Made by a program: the position numbers and the translations under genes. DNA of 64,000 nt. Source: Candidatus Aenigmatarchaeota archaeon. GTDB lineage: Archaea > EX4484-52. The stretch lies in NCBI GenBank assembly GCA_023137195.1, contig JAGLPV010000015.1, positions 27,075 through 91,074 of the forward strand, given 5' to 3'. The notes under the pieces are model-generated. The model searched no databases. It was not told where the DNA came from and was given only the letters and a program-made list of their open reading frames with translations. This document shows, piece by piece, positions 17,506 to 27,159 of this stretch (position 1 is the stretch's first letter; every line of letters begins with the position of its first letter).

Positions 17506-18468
17506 TTATAAATTTGCTTTTTCGTTATTGCAGGAATAATACATAACCCCTTGCTTAGTTCTCGTGCTTACCTGCCCTTTCTCAACAAAATCATCTATCA
17601 TTTCCTCAAGATTTCCTTTCCCGAACCGGGTAATCAAATCTTCTTTTGTGCATGGTCTGCGCTTCAGTAAATCCAGGACATCTTTTTCTTCTGTTTTAGA
17701 CCTTTCGCCCCCAACAACAACAGGTCTGTTTTTCTTATAATAAACAACCTGAATTTTTGTTTCTCTATTTATCTGTCCTGCGATTTCTTCCAGCCTCTCG
17801 GGAGGCAATGCCATTAGTTTTTCACTGCCTGATGGTCTGTAGGCAGTTCCAAGGAATATTTCTATAGGTTTTACTTCGTTTATTTTTTTATAAATCTCTA
17901 TTAATGATTTGATACTTTCCTCATCTGCATTGGTTAACTTTTTGAATGAAAATAATAATGTCTGTATTGCGACCCGTGTATGTATCTCTTTAATGCCTTC
18001 AACTATGTTGTTTAAGTTAATTCCCCGGCATGGTTGATTTATTTTTCCAAATAATTTTTGTGTGCCTGCATCTATTTTTGCTATCACCAGATCGCATTTG
18101 TTCAGACCTCTTCTTACTTCTTTGTTTGGAATAAGAGAACTATTGGTCAGGACAGCAAGAGGAATGTCTGTCATCTGTTTTATTTTGTCCGCCACGCGCC
18201 CCAAGGTTAGGTTGAGTGTTGGTTCTCCCTGACCTGAAAAAGTTATGTAATCTGGCTTTGTCTGTTTTATTTTTGTTTTTAAAACATCAAACTCATGTTC
18301 GGCAATATCCATATGTTTCGGGTGTATGGTTCTAAACGCATTGTGACCTAACTGGCAATAAAGGCAGTCGTAGGAACATATTTTCGAGTAACTTTTTGGT
18401 GGTTCTACTAAGTCAACGCCCAATGAATTTCCAAGTCTCCATGAAGGGACAGGTCCGTAAATTTTCAT
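17506..18468 (-). CDS. Radical SAM protein (housekeeping-type, unknown substrate)
   Basis: N-terminal GPVPSWRLGNSLGVDL followed by CSYDCLYCQ (Cx3Cx2C) and SGQGEPTL. 320 aa. Confidence 0.75.
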   Translation of the reverse strand: MKIYGPVPSWRLGNSLGVDLVEPPKSYSKICSYDCLYCQLGHNAFRTIHPKHMDIAEHEFDVLKTKIKQTKPDYITFSGQGEPTLNLTLGRVADKIKQMTDIPLAVLTNSSLIPNKEVRRGLNKCDLVIAKIDAGTQKLFGKINQPCRGINLNNIVEGIKEIHTRVAIQTLLFSFKKLTNADEESIKSLIEIYKKINEVKPIEIFLGTAYRPSGSEKLMALPPERLEEIAGQINRETKIQVVYYKKNRPVVVGGERSKTEEKDVLDLLKRRPCTKEDLITRFGKGNLEEMIDDFVEKGQVSTRTKQGVMYYSCNNEKANL

Positions 18469-18538
18469 GTATGTATAATAAATAAAATTTTATATTTCTT
18501 GGGTATCTTTATATATTTTTATATGTATTAAAGATATT

Positions 18539-19657
18539 ATGATTTTATCTGCTGGTGAAGAAGAAAAAGACACCCTGACGAATATTGAAGCAGAAAAAAT
18601 ACTAAGTGATGTCCAGAACCAGATAAATGACATAAAATATGCTCATGTCAAGGAAGAGATAGTTCACGATGAAGAGCTTGTCTCTGCCGGCAACATTGTT
18701 GAAATAAACAATATTTTTGAGAATTCCCTTGTTAAAAAAGAGACTTTTAATCATCTGAACAGTGTGCTGGAGCGTTTGCATGAAACAGTGAGGCAAAAAA
18801 AGAATCTGCTTGAGATGGAGGAGAATATAGATGAAGCAGAAGATGGAACAATAGATAATATAGGGTCCTTTTTGGATATTGAAGAGAAAAACAAGGAAGC
18901 GAAGAAAAACATAGATTCATTAAAAAAATTCCGGGAGGAGGGCGTTCTGTCCAAACCGGCGTATGATAAATTAAGTGAAAAAATAAGCAATACTCCTGAA
19001 GGGCAGGTTATAGGGAAGGTGGAAACTGTTTTTGATAAATTCAAGAATAATGAATTGTCCAATGCGGGCAAAGGTCTGCTCTTTACAGACAGTAGTGAAT
19101 TGGAGACTGTTTTGGAAGAGATAAAAAAACCAAAAATAGAGGAGAAAGAAGTTGAAGAGGAAAAAGAACCAGAGGAAGAAGAAGTAGAGGAAGTTAAGAA
19201 GGACGAGGATGGTTTTCTTAAAAAGCTAAGAGGAAAGTTTTCGAAGATAAAGCCCCCTGCTTTTGTTTCAAAGATTGTAGACAAGATTCCTTTCATAAAG
19301 CACAAGAAAAAAGAAGTCGAGGAAACCGAGAGTAGTGGCAACAAAGACGAAGAAAAAGAGGAATATGATAACATACTAAAACTGCCTGATTTGAGAAGAA
19401 AAACAATGAATCTAAAATTGTTTGTAAAAAAGAAAGTTCTGAAAAAAATAAAGATAGATAGCCAGATGACAAATGCTGTATTTAAGGAACACGTAAATTC
19501 AGCCAGGATAGATGAAAACCTGCGCGATGAGATAAATGTGTATTTTGGAGACTATGGTATTTCTGAGTACATGGGTCATTTCAGTCAGACAGAGGAGGGT
19601 ATTAAAAAGCTGGAGAAGGATACAAAGGCATTTCTTAGGAAGCTAGATAGTTATTAG
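18539..19657 (+). CDS. Acidic coiled-coil hypothetical protein
   Basis: Long ORF (372 aa) rich in Glu/Lys with an EEEVEEVKKDED tract. No recognisable motif. Coding is supported only by length and by the antisense ORF being low-complexity Ser/Phe. Confidence 0.4.
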   Translation: MILSAGEEEKDTLTNIEAEKILSDVQNQINDIKYAHVKEEIVHDEELVSAGNIVEINNIFENSLVKKETFNHLNSVLERLHETVRQKKNLLEMEENIDEAEDGTIDNIGSFLDIEEKNKEAKKNIDSLKKFREEGVLSKPAYDKLSEKISNTPEGQVIGKVETVFDKFKNNELSNAGKGLLFTDSSELETVLEEIKKPKIEEKEVEEEKEPEEEEVEEVKKDEDGFLKKLRGKFSKIKPPAFVSKIVDKIPFIKHKKKEVEETESSGNKDEEKEEYDNILKLPDLRRKTMNLKLFVKKKVLKKIKIDSQMTNAVFKEHVNSARIDENLRDEINVYFGDYGISEYMGHFSQTEEGIKKLEKDTKAFLRKLDSY

Positions 19658-19876
19658 ATGATACTAAAAGTTATGTTCTTGGCAGACATTATTTGTGCTA
19701 TTTTACCATAAATTTAGCATCAACATATGCGATTAAGAGAGTTTCGGCAAAGCTGAAATTTGGGCGATGCCGAATGCAACAAAGCCCTCTTAATTGCTGT
19801 TTGTTTCTCTGACCCTATAAAGTGGGGTCGGATTGCGTCCGCGAAGTCACGAGAACGCCGTCTCGAAGAAGCAAGT

Positions 19877-19886
19877 TTTATATAAT
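19877..19886 (+). promoter_or_regulatory. Candidate TATA box for the cupin gene
   Basis: tttatataat is centred about 27 nt upstream of the ATG at 19908. Confidence 0.35.
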
Positions 19887-19907
19887 ACCTGTGTTATTAT
19901 AGTATTT

Positions 19908-20234
19908 ATGGTATTCAAGAATTTAAAAGATATTGAACAAAGGGAATTGATTCCGGGATATAAGGTAAGATTTATCCATTCTAAAAATATGACTTTTGCA
20001 TATTGGGATATTGAGGAAGGAGCGCCTTTACCAGAACATTCTCATCCACATGAGCAAGTGGCAACTATGATTGAAGGGGAATTTGAATTAACTGTTGAGA
20101 GCGAGACAAAAAGAGTACAAAAGGGAGATGTTGCAGTTATTCCACCTAACGCAAAACATTCCGGCAAAGCGATAACAGATTGTAAAATTCTTGATGTATT
20201 CTATCCCATTAGAGAAGATTACCTGAATAAGTAA
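19908..20234 (+). CDS. Cupin-domain protein
   Basis: EHSHPHEQVATMIEGEFEL...GDVAVIPPNAKHSG matches the two-motif cupin metal site. The track start 19833 lies in a GC-rich structured region upstream of the TATA box, so I use the ATG at 19908. Confidence 0.7.
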   Translation: MVFKNLKDIEQRELIPGYKVRFIHSKNMTFAYWDIEEGAPLPEHSHPHEQVATMIEGEFELTVESETKRVQKGDVAVIPPNAKHSGKAITDCKILDVFYPIREDYLNK

Positions 20235-20294
20235 ATGCGTTCTCGTGATTGAAATTAACAACAATTATTTATATTCTCTTTCCACTAATATCTC

Positions 20295-20930
20295 ATGAGC
20301 ATCGACAAAATCTATTCAATACTTGAATCTGAATTCAAAAAATACCCGATGCCTGTTGTTGATTTGATTACAATTCAGACAAAAGACCCGTATAAAATTC
20401 TGGTTGCAACAATACTTTCTGCAAGGACCAAGGACAAGACCACGAAAGAAGCGGCAGAAAGATTATTTAAACAGGCAGATTCTCTTGTATCTCTGTCAAA
20501 ATTATCTATAGAGAAAATAGAGGAATTAATATATCCTGTTGGATTTTACAAGAATAAATCAGAATATCTCCATGAACTGCCAAAAGAAATACAAATGAGA
20601 TTCTCGGGAGTAATCCCGTCCACAATTGATAATCTGGTAAGACTTCCTGGTGTTGGTAGAAAAACTGCCAACTTAGTTGTTTCAATGGCATTTAACAAGC
20701 CAGGGATATGCGTTGATGTTCATGTTCACAGGATTTGCAACCGTTTAGGGTATGTGAAGACGAATAAACCTTATGATACAGAGATGGCTTTGAGAAAAAA
20801 GCTTCCGAAAAAATACTGGACTTATTTTAATTCGTATCTGGTATCATTTGGACAGCATCTGTGCAGACCGGTTGGTCCGAAGTGTATTGAATGTCCGATA
20901 AAGGAGTATTGCGAGAAAAGATTATTTTAA
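20295..20930 (+). CDS. nth: Endonuclease III (HhH-GPD DNA glycosylase with 4Fe-4S cluster)
   Basis: HhH motif LPGVGRKTANLV and C-terminal CRPVGPKCIECPIKEYC (Cx6Cx2Cx5C). Confidence 0.9.
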   Translation: MSIDKIYSILESEFKKYPMPVVDLITIQTKDPYKILVATILSARTKDKTTKEAAERLFKQADSLVSLSKLSIEKIEELIYPVGFYKNKSEYLHELPKEIQMRFSGVIPSTIDNLVRLPGVGRKTANLVVSMAFNKPGICVDVHVHRICNRLGYVKTNKPYDTEMALRKKLPKKYWTYFNSYLVSFGQHLCRPVGPKCIECPIKEYCEKRLF

Positions 20931-22847
20931 AAATTCCTTTATTTGTTCAATGTGAGGATAATTTCTTTCTTTTAGTATTCTTATGATTTCATTTTTGTCT
21001 TCTATTGCTTCAGGAACATTTTTTGCTCCATTTTTTCTCAAATATTCTACAAAGATTTTATCATTTATTATTGCATCTTTGAAATTTGTGTTTTTTACTT
21101 TTAAACCAGAATATTCTTGTACATTCAACATAACCGCTTTCGTCAGATCCATTATAGATAAATCTATATTATGCAATATTGTTCCAGACAGATTACCACT
21201 CATTCCATCCATTAACTCAACAGATGACAAATCAGCCATGAAAAAATTAGCTTCAAATAAATTGGCATTGTATAATGAGGCACCATTCAAACTAGCACCA
21301 GATAAATTAACTTGAGTTAAATCAGCATCATTTAAATAAGCCCCAGATAAATCTGCTCTGGATAAATCTGCGCAGTATAAACTAGCCCCGTTTAAATCAG
21401 CATTGGATAAATCAGCCCCACTCAAATTGGTTTTGGGCAAATAACTATTCCTTAAATTAGCATCCATTAATCTGGATTCAGATAAATTGGATTTTGTTAA
21501 AATGGCTTCACTTAAATCAATTTCGTATAAGTCAAGTCCAGATAAATCAACTTCATTTAAATCAACTGTTTTTACTTCTTTTCTCAATTCATTAAATTCA
21601 TCAACTTTTCCTGTTTTTAGGAGTTGAATAAAAGTTTCTTTATTGGGCGTTACATTAATTTCTTTTGGAACAGTTATTATTATTTTTTTGTACTTCGACA
21701 ATTTATCGTCATCAAGAGGCGTTATTTTATCAATTATTCTATCGTCTTTTTTATTTTTATTGAGGAATTTACTTAAATTTCTATTATCTTTGAATTTATC
21801 GAGACGTTCTCCAAACTGACCATTTGAGTTCGCCATAAAGTCTTTTTTTAATTTTTTGCGATTTTCTTTTTTAAAAATATGATTATAAAAATCATTCCAT
21901 TTAAATCTCATGATTGTTAAAATTAGATGCACCTCTATATCAAGTTCGGTCTTTTCTGCTTTCAAAAGTTCGTAACCTAAAATATACACATTTATGAATC
22001 TTTTAATATCTCTTGGCGTTCCGGTAATTGTTTCTGAAATAATATCTTTGTATTCTCTTAATACTGCATATTCTTTTCCTTCTTCATTTGTTATTTCTTT
22101 CAGATATTTTTTGAATTCATCATTATCCCACTCTGGCATTAAGACGGGTATTTGAATTATTTTTTCAAGATAATTGTCGCCCTTAATTTCCAAATCTTTA
22201 TATTTTTCCTCTATTGCTTTTTCAACAATATCCTTACTCATAGCTATTACATAAACAAATCCCTTGATGTCGAGAAAAACCTTAAATGATTCAATGATTT
22301 CAATAACTTTGTCTGGTCTACACCTATCGAGGTCATCAATAAAAACAACTATTTTTTTATTTTTTAGATTATTTTCAATTTTCTTTAAACTATCATAATA
22401 TTGACTTTCTATTTCTTCAAGTTTTGTTACATCTGGTTTTTTATCCCTATTGGAGATACCAATACTACCCTTGGCAAGACCCATATTTCCTTCAAGCCCA
22501 CATTTTAGTTCAATTGAATTTAAAAAATTAGAAAGAGCCGATACAATCTTTTCTAATTTCTCGTCTTTTTTAATTGTATGAATTATTGTCCCCAAAAGAG
22601 GAATTAATGCAAATGTTTTTTCCTGCTGACATCTCCACGCATCAAACCAGACAATTACAGGAGGATTGCTCTTTTTGTGTTCCAATTTACTAATTATATT
22701 TTTCATTAAACTGGTTTTGCCAGTTCCCCATTCTCCTAATATGCCAATAGTAAAGGGAGAATCCGAATCTATAATTATATTGGATAAAGCTTCAGCATAT
22801 TCCTTAAATGCATCTTCTGCTGGAATATCAGTAATTATTTTTGCCAT
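20922..22847 (-). CDS. KAP-family P-loop NTPase fused to a C-terminal pentapeptide-repeat domain
   Basis: GILGEWGTGKTSLMKNI (Walker A), FDAWRCQ and VVFIDDLDRC (Walker B) are typical of KAP NTPases. The C-terminus is a long run of A(D/N)LSx pentapeptides (DLSGADLSNADLNGASLYCADLSRADLSGAYLNDADL...). Confidence 0.75.
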   Translation of the reverse strand: MAKIITDIPAEDAFKEYAEALSNIIIDSDSPFTIGILGEWGTGKTSLMKNIISKLEHKKSNPPVIVWFDAWRCQQEKTFALIPLLGTIIHTIKKDEKLEKIVSALSNFLNSIELKCGLEGNMGLAKGSIGISNRDKKPDVTKLEEIESQYYDSLKKIENNLKNKKIVVFIDDLDRCRPDKVIEIIESFKVFLDIKGFVYVIAMSKDIVEKAIEEKYKDLEIKGDNYLEKIIQIPVLMPEWDNDEFKKYLKEITNEEGKEYAVLREYKDIISETITGTPRDIKRFINVYILGYELLKAEKTELDIEVHLILTIMRFKWNDFYNHIFKKENRKKLKKDFMANSNGQFGERLDKFKDNRNLSKFLNKNKKDDRIIDKITPLDDDKLSKYKKIIITVPKEINVTPNKETFIQLLKTGKVDEFNELRKEVKTVDLNEVDLSGLDLYEIDLSEAILTKSNLSESRLMDANLRNSYLPKTNLSGADLSNADLNGASLYCADLSRADLSGAYLNDADLTQVNLSGASLNGASLYNANLFEANFFMADLSSVELMDGMSGNLSGTILHNIDLSIMDLTKAVMLNVQEYSGLKVKNTNFKDAIINDKIFVEYLRKNGAKNVPEAIEDKNEIIRILKERNYPHIEQIKEFLK

Positions 22848-22873
22848 AATTAGTTTTCCTTCTTACTTCGCTA

Positions 22874-23926
22874 TTAAACAGACAAATCCCTCTGCTCCAT
22901 CCATTCCCTGGTCTTTCCAACAACAACCACAGGAACTTTCTTTAATTCCTCTAGATTTTTAGCTCCACACAAAAACATTGCTGTCTTTAATTCCTCTGCC
23001 ATGATATTTATTTTTTCAATCACAGCTTCCGGGCTTTTCATCGCTGGTTTTAGTAACGGAAGAGCAAAACCAGTATAAGAAGCCCCGAGGCGTATTAATT
23101 TTGCGCATTCTATCCCGTTCCTCACTCCGCCCGAAGCAATTGTTTGGACGTTGCAGGAGTTTGCTTCCATCACAGAAAGAGGTGTAGGAACACCCCAGTC
23201 CTTAAAGCATTCTCCAAACCTGTCTTTTCTTCTCAATGTTTCTATGTAAGTAAAGGAAGTCCCGCAGTTTCCTCCAACATCAATTAAATCAACGCCGGAT
23301 TTTGAAATTTTTTTGCAGTCTTCTTTAATCATCCCGCATCCTGTTTCTTTTGCAATTACAGGAACTTTTGAAACAGAAACTATTCTTTTCAAAATCTCAA
23401 AACCGTTTTGAAAATTCACATCTCCTTCTTTTTGCAGTGCCTCCTGCGCAGGATTTAAATGAATTGCAATTGCATCAGTATTGATTGAACTGCTTATTTT
23501 ATTTACTATATTCTCTTCATATTCACCGGAACAAAACTGAACCAGACCTATATTGGCAATTAATACAGGAATCCCTGGGGCAAATTTCTTTAAAGCATAT
23601 GTTCGCATTTGTTTTTCATCCTTGATCATTGCTCTTTGAGAACCGACACCAATAGGGATATTTAATTTTTCCGCGGCAATTGCCAGGTTTCTATTGATTT
23701 TTTCTCCCAGTTTACAGCCGCCTGTCATTGCCTCAATCACAAAAGGATAATCTATTTTTCTGCCTAAAAATTGTGTCGACAAGTCAATTTCGTTTTTGTC
23801 AATTTCAGGCATTGTCCTGTGAAGAAGAAGAATATCATTATACCATGAAGTATTACCTGTCTGGACATCTTGTTTGATGCATAAATCAATATGCTCTTCT
23901 TTTCTTTTTTCCACTTCTGAAATCAT
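22874..23926 (-). CDS. fni: Type 2 isopentenyl-diphosphate delta-isomerase (FMN-dependent)
   Basis: RKEEHIDLC near the N-terminus, GVGSQRA and ASGGVRNG motifs. 350 aa with TIM-barrel pattern. Confidence 0.85.
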   Translation of the reverse strand: MISEVEKRKEEHIDLCIKQDVQTGNTSWYNDILLLHRTMPEIDKNEIDLSTQFLGRKIDYPFVIEAMTGGCKLGEKINRNLAIAAEKLNIPIGVGSQRAMIKDEKQMRTYALKKFAPGIPVLIANIGLVQFCSGEYEENIVNKISSSINTDAIAIHLNPAQEALQKEGDVNFQNGFEILKRIVSVSKVPVIAKETGCGMIKEDCKKISKSGVDLIDVGGNCGTSFTYIETLRRKDRFGECFKDWGVPTPLSVMEANSCNVQTIASGGVRNGIECAKLIRLGASYTGFALPLLKPAMKSPEAVIEKINIMAEELKTAMFLCGAKNLEELKKVPVVVVGKTREWMEQRDLSV

Positions 23927-24030
23927 ATATCTTGATAGGGGCGTTCAATAATAAAAACATTGCGGGTTCAACTTAATTTTAGAAAACAGATTAAGAAACA
24001 TTTATAAATATTGCCTCGTTTATAATACAC

Positions 24031-27015
24031 ATGAGAAGGGGGTTTGCGGAAGTATTCTTGTTTTGCCTGATTTTAACTTCTTTTATTGCATTTAGTTCCA
24101 TAGATACTTTTTCGTGCCAGCAGATAAGTACCTCTGCTGTTTCTAATGTGACAAAATCAGGAACAACTTCCCTTTATAATTTTTCAGTAGTTACGACAGG
24201 CAATTTTACTGCCCTTAATCTGACAATACCTACGGCATTTACTTACATTGAAAATTCTTCGAATAGTACATTATATCCAAACTGGACATGTTCTAATGTA
24301 ACAAGCAATGTTGTTAATTGCTCCTGTCTTACATGCAATGTTTCGGTCAACGAGACAACATCCATTTACGTGTGGTTTAATGCGACATCTCCTTCGGGTG
24401 ATAGTGAAACAGCATATAATTTTACTGCTTTTGTCTGGGCAAACCAGACCAATAATGCCACAGCCAATACAACCATCGGCAATGATGGCAATATCACAAT
24501 TATAAGCTATGTCAATGGCGTTACAAACGACACAATTGTCCAGAACCAAAACATAACAATTATTGCATTGGTTCAGGATGCATTTTCAGGAATAAATTTA
24601 TCCCTGGAAAACTCTGTGCAGGTTCTTTTGCTGGATTATACGACCGGAGTTGTAAACAAGACATACAATATGACAAACACCACGTCCTCCGGTACAAACG
24701 GGCAAAACAATTACTCTGCCACATTTGATACAGGCATCCTGACAGATGGCGCATACAATATATCTATTTATGCAACAGACCAAGTTGGAAATTATAATTA
24801 TTCAAACACATCTTATTACTTTACTGTAACCCCTCAACCGGATTTGATAATTGAGTCAGTTAACTGGACTTCTGTTTACGGCGACTCACATCCATTTATG
24901 TCATATAATGGAAGTTATACCAATTTTACAATCAATGTCAGTGTAAAAAATAACGGGACTGCAAATATAGTTAATTTAACGAAAATGATATTTAAATGGG
25001 ACAGCTACACAGTAACGAGAAATTTGACTTTATTATCTGTTGGTGCAACCCAAAATTTCAATTACTCTATTGTGGGAGATTCTACTAATGTAAGTCGCGG
25101 AAACCATGCAATAAACATAACATTAGATACTCTTTCCAACCAGACAGAAAAAAGCGAAACTAACAACAATTATGTAGAAAATATATATGTCGGATACAAT
25201 GTCAGTGTTTTGGGGATAAGTCCGTCTTCTGTTGTGCCGGGAGGAGTAATAAATATAACGGTAAAACTGCTTTATGGTAACGGTAGTGCGGTAACAGGAC
25301 TTTCTAATAAAGATAACTTTACAATATTTGACCGATGGGGAAGTGGGAATTATATTGATTACGGGAGCGGGAAATTTTCATTATATTCTTCATTAAATGC
25401 ATCGGGAATTTACAATCTTAGCTATACTGTAAACTCTTCTTTATTCTCTGCCACAAAAGTCGCTCAATATGGAGTTCATGATATTCGCGTCGGTGTTGAA
25501 AACGGAAATTATTCCGGGTGGATAAATAGCACGGATAATGATTATGTAATTACTGCACCGAATCTGGACATAAGATTCTATGGCGTAGATACAACACTTA
25601 CTAAAAACACCCAGGAAGATGCATTCCAGATAAAGTACGAGAATACAGGAAATGCAGCAATAAGCAATATTACTCTAAGAATACAGACAAATAGTAGTAA
25701 TATAAAAATAGCAACCACTGCGGGAGGAACATACAGCCAGACATATACTTGTAATGTATATTGGGGATCGGGACAGTCTTTGAGTTCCGCTAATGGAGAA
25801 CAGGCATGCTCTACAATATACCTGAAAGGGACATCGACAGGTACATACAAATTATATTATATTTATGCTTTTGGAGCAGCAACGACAGACGGCACGAAAT
25901 ACAACAGCACCAGTCTGCCTTACAATACAATTACTGTAGCCGACCCTCCTGCTGATGAAGATGATAGTAGTAGCAGTAGCACCAATACATACACCCCTAC
26001 CACTACCACAACATATGAATGCACATTAGATTCAAACTGCTCAAGCAATGAGTTTTGCAATTCCTCAAAAAAATGCCAAAAGAGAACATGCAGTTCAGAC
26101 CAGTTAATTTCAAATCACAAATGCGTAACCATTAACATCAATACAATATACAATTCTACTTACAATATAAAACAAGGAAGCAGCATAACCATTCCTTTTT
26201 ATTTAAATTCAACAAGATATAAAGTCACAAGCGTTTATTTGAAAGCGACAAAACCAGCAGATTTCAACGGGACAATTTCCATCACTCCTTCTTCACATAC
26301 ACTGATAAAAAACACACTTAAGCAGTACAATATTACTTTCACAATGCCGGCAAATGCCCATTTTAAAAAAGAATACATTATTTCCCTGGCAGTAAAAAAA
26401 GGAACAACCAAGACATTTGCAACAGCAAACATAACCCTTGTGGCTTCAGGTGGAAACGCTACTAAAATAGAAATTTCTGAAAGCATAAACGCATACGGAG
26501 AAAACTTAAAAAAATATCTGGATGATCTTGAAAAAATAAAATCAAAATTAGATGATGAAGACCAGAGTTCTATAGATGCAAGGACATCCAAAGTGAATAG
26601 ATTAATAGAAGAAATATCCGGATTGATTGAAAACGAAGAGTACCTTAGGGCTGATGAAAAAATCACAGAACTGAATACAGAAATGCAAAATCTCAATAAT
26701 TCAATCAATGAATTGACAGAAAAGACAAAGAAAAAACAAAGGAATTTCAGGATATTTTTGTTTGTAATCTTTATTTTTGCAGGGATAGGGGCTCTTACTT
26801 ATTATATGTTGCTTCCGGATGAGGCAGGATATATTCCAAACAAGGGATTTGTGAAGAAAGGCAAGAAACAGGAAACTAAAGAAACGCTCCTTGAGATGAT
26901 TGAAGAAGCAAAAGACGAAATGAAGAAAATCTTTAATAAAAAAAAAGACAAAAACCCCCTCAAAAAAAGGGCTTATAATTATAAAAAAACAGTATTGAAA
27001 AGAGCGGTGCGATAA
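24031..27015 (+). CDS. Giant sequon-rich cell-surface glycoprotein (CARDB-like domain, C-terminal TM anchor)
   Basis: Signal peptide and dozens of N-x-S/T sequons. PDLIIESVNWTS...NVSVKNNGTANIVN is CARDB-like. There is a Thr/Ser linker, a Cys knot (ECTLDSNCSSNEFCNSSKKC), a coiled coil, TM segment FRIFLFVIFIFAGIGALTYYMLL and a Lys-rich tail. Confidence 0.6.
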   Translation: MRRGFAEVFLFCLILTSFIAFSSIDTFSCQQISTSAVSNVTKSGTTSLYNFSVVTTGNFTALNLTIPTAFTYIENSSNSTLYPNWTCSNVTSNVVNCSCLTCNVSVNETTSIYVWFNATSPSGDSETAYNFTAFVWANQTNNATANTTIGNDGNITIISYVNGVTNDTIVQNQNITIIALVQDAFSGINLSLENSVQVLLLDYTTGVVNKTYNMTNTTSSGTNGQNNYSATFDTGILTDGAYNISIYATDQVGNYNYSNTSYYFTVTPQPDLIIESVNWTSVYGDSHPFMSYNGSYTNFTINVSVKNNGTANIVNLTKMIFKWDSYTVTRNLTLLSVGATQNFNYSIVGDSTNVSRGNHAINITLDTLSNQTEKSETNNNYVENIYVGYNVSVLGISPSSVVPGGVINITVKLLYGNGSAVTGLSNKDNFTIFDRWGSGNYIDYGSGKFSLYSSLNASGIYNLSYTVNSSLFSATKVAQYGVHDIRVGVENGNYSGWINSTDNDYVITAPNLDIRFYGVDTTLTKNTQEDAFQIKYENTGNAAISNITLRIQTNSSNIKIATTAGGTYSQTYTCNVYWGSGQSLSSANGEQACSTIYLKGTSTGTYKLYYIYAFGAATTDGTKYNSTSLPYNTITVADPPADEDDSSSSSTNTYTPTTTTTYECTLDSNCSSNEFCNSSKKCQKRTCSSDQLISNHKCVTININTIYNSTYNIKQGSSITIPFYLNSTRYKVTSVYLKATKPADFNGTISITPSSHTLIKNTLKQYNITFTMPANAHFKKEYIISLAVKKGTTKTFATANITLVASGGNATKIEISESINAYGENLKKYLDDLEKIKSKLDDEDQSSIDARTSKVNRLIEEISGLIENEEYLRADEKITELNTEMQNLNNSINELTEKTKKKQRNFRIFLFVIFIFAGIGALTYYMLLPDEAGYIPNKGFVKKGKKQETKETLLEMIEEAKDEMKKIFNKKKDKNPLKKRAYNYKKTVLKRAVR

Positions 27016-27159
27016 TTTTGCTTGTTTCAATCCGCAGAACCCATGAGAACTGATTTAAAGTAGTATTTAGTGTAAGGAATAGTTATAGTTTTATTTTCTA
27101 TTATCCTGGATAAGAAAGAATAATTACTTTTAAAAAAACTGTATTTATTATATATTCTT

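Noticed and set aside
19750-19775. Fluoride-riboswitch-like GGCGATG string in the GC-rich segment
   Set aside because: Only a 7-nt resemblance. The pseudoknot partner sequences are absent, there is no crcB-type downstream gene, and the segment lies upstream of the promoter.
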